A stretch of 63,992 bases of DNA, counting the filler, from Octopus bimaculoides (Eukaryota): NCBI RefSeq assembly GCF_001194135.2. It is 6 parts of 6 records of this genome, joined end to end, with 100 filler letters (N's around TTAATTAATTAA, not from the genome) between each part and the next. Parts side by side here need not be neighbours in the genome. Positions count along the whole stretch, not along the records: positions 62,835 to 63,992 come from NW_026379576.1; 5 more parts are not named here. The stretch is one strand, 5' to 3'. This document shows, in pieces, positions 62,735 through 63,992 of this stretch. The notes beneath the pieces are model-generated. The model ran no database searches. It was given only the letters and a program-made list of their open reading frames with translations, and was not told the origin of the DNA. A program made the translations under genes and the position numbers. Each line of letters opens with the position of its first letter. The stretch's first letter is position 1.

Positions 62735-62834
62735 NNNNNNNNNNNNNNNNNNNNNNNNNNNNNNNNNNNNNNNNNNNNTTAATTAATTAANNNNNNNNNN
62801 NNNNNNNNNNNNNNNNNNNNNNNNNNNNNNNNNN
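62735..62834. other. Artificial assembly linker
   Basis: 44 N + TTAATTAATTAA (62779-62790) + 44 N. Confidence 0.95.
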
Positions 62835-62915
62835 GAGAATGAATTGAGCGGGAACGCTTGGTTGTTTAATTCTACGCATGCGTGGGACTATGCATGCGCA
62901 CGGCGTTACTACAGT
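62835..62915. promoter_or_regulatory. Possible promoter fragment with NRF1-like GCATGCG motifs
   Basis: ACGCATGCGT and TGCATGCGCACG within a short CpG-dense patch directly after a linker gap. Confidence 0.25.
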
Positions 62916-63992
62916 ATTATTTATATATCTTTTGTAAAATATATGAAGAAAAACGAAACTTTTGCAAGCACTGGAGGCTAAAAATAAGAGGAAAAAAATT
63001 AATATTAGCGAAAAAGAAAATTTTAAGTTTTGTTCATGACTGTGCTCAAAGGAGCAAAATTATTTATGCCAGAATCCTGTATGAATGACAGGAAATAAGT
63101 AAGAGAAGTTACTAAACATTTAGCAAGTCTGGCGGTTACATGGGGCAAAAATTTATCACAAGAGTTCGCTGACTTGCTTGGCAGTTGGTAGTCAAGCTTT
63201 TGGCTCGTGGCAAAGATGGTTATTGGTCAACGAAATGATTTCAAAACTGTTTTGAGGTAAACAAGGAATATTATTTAGTTCTAAGTTTTAATTTTCAACT
63301 TCTATGAAATCCAATGTTTTCACCTCAAAATATGTCATATTTTGCATAATTTTTTATTATCATTTCACCACCCGCTGAATAATATCTATAATAATTTTGC
63401 AGGACATTATTTTATATAAGGTTGTGGTTAACAAATAGAATAATTTTACTCTAGTTTCTGGTATTTAACTTTCGTTGCTGGTAGATGATTAAATATTTAA
63501 TATTATTTTATAAACTATGATTAACAAATACTAATTAAATTTCGTTTATTTTTACACACGAAGTTTGTTATTAGTAAATAAAATCATTTTCCCCCGAATC
63601 CCTTTCAAAACACATGGTGCCATCTGCAAGTAGGAAGAGCATATTGGGTACTGTAGTTCTATCTACAATCAATTCTGAGTAAAGGATGAAATGGAGAGGG
63701 CTGGAATGATATTGATTATAGATCTTCTCAGTCACAACTGACGAGGGGATAAATAATGGTTTCAGATTTTGTCACAAGGGCAGCAATTTTGAGGGAGGAG
63801 ATAGGTCGATTTCATCCACCCTAGTGTTTCACTGGTACTTCATTTATCGACCTCGAAAAAATGAAAGGCAAAGTCGACCTCAGCAGGTAACAGCGGACGA
63901 AATACCGTTAAGCATTTCACCAGCTCGCCACCTTAACGAGGGGATAAATAATTAATTCGTTTTATTGGCCACAAGGGCTAATATCAATTAAA

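Overview
AT-rich, microsatellite- and SINE-dense eukaryotic DNA with many N gaps. The repeat landscape resembles what I recall of octopus/cephalopod genomes; this is inference, not a database result. The only confidently identifiable host gene is the 3' end of a transmembrane adenylyl cyclase: three + strand exons at 30994-31195, 32171-32295 and 33098-33226, encoding most of the C2 catalytic domain through the stop codon. Its upstream exons are not in the window. Five identical artificial linkers (44 N + TTAATTAATTAA + 44 N) split the window into six blocks whose adjacency may not be real, and one lies about 370 bp upstream of the first cyclase exon. The rest is mostly mobile DNA: an RTE-clade LINE with a terminal C2H2 finger, a HERO-like and two R4/Dong-like restriction-endonuclease (RLE) retrotransposon fragments (the latter in (TAA)n), Penelope-like remnants with hammerhead-like motifs, mariner derivatives, MITEs and several SINE families. 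There is a promoter-like CpG-rich island at about 17.2-17.8 kb and weak candidate exons of an unidentified - strand gene at 36-57 kb. No CRISPR, rRNA or convincing tRNA genes were seen. Most ORFs in the supplied track are artefacts of microsatellites and N runs. I found no clearly novel biological system. The best leads are the Ser-to-Tyr change in the cyclase forskolin pocket, the variant hammerhead-like motifs and the candidate hidden gene.
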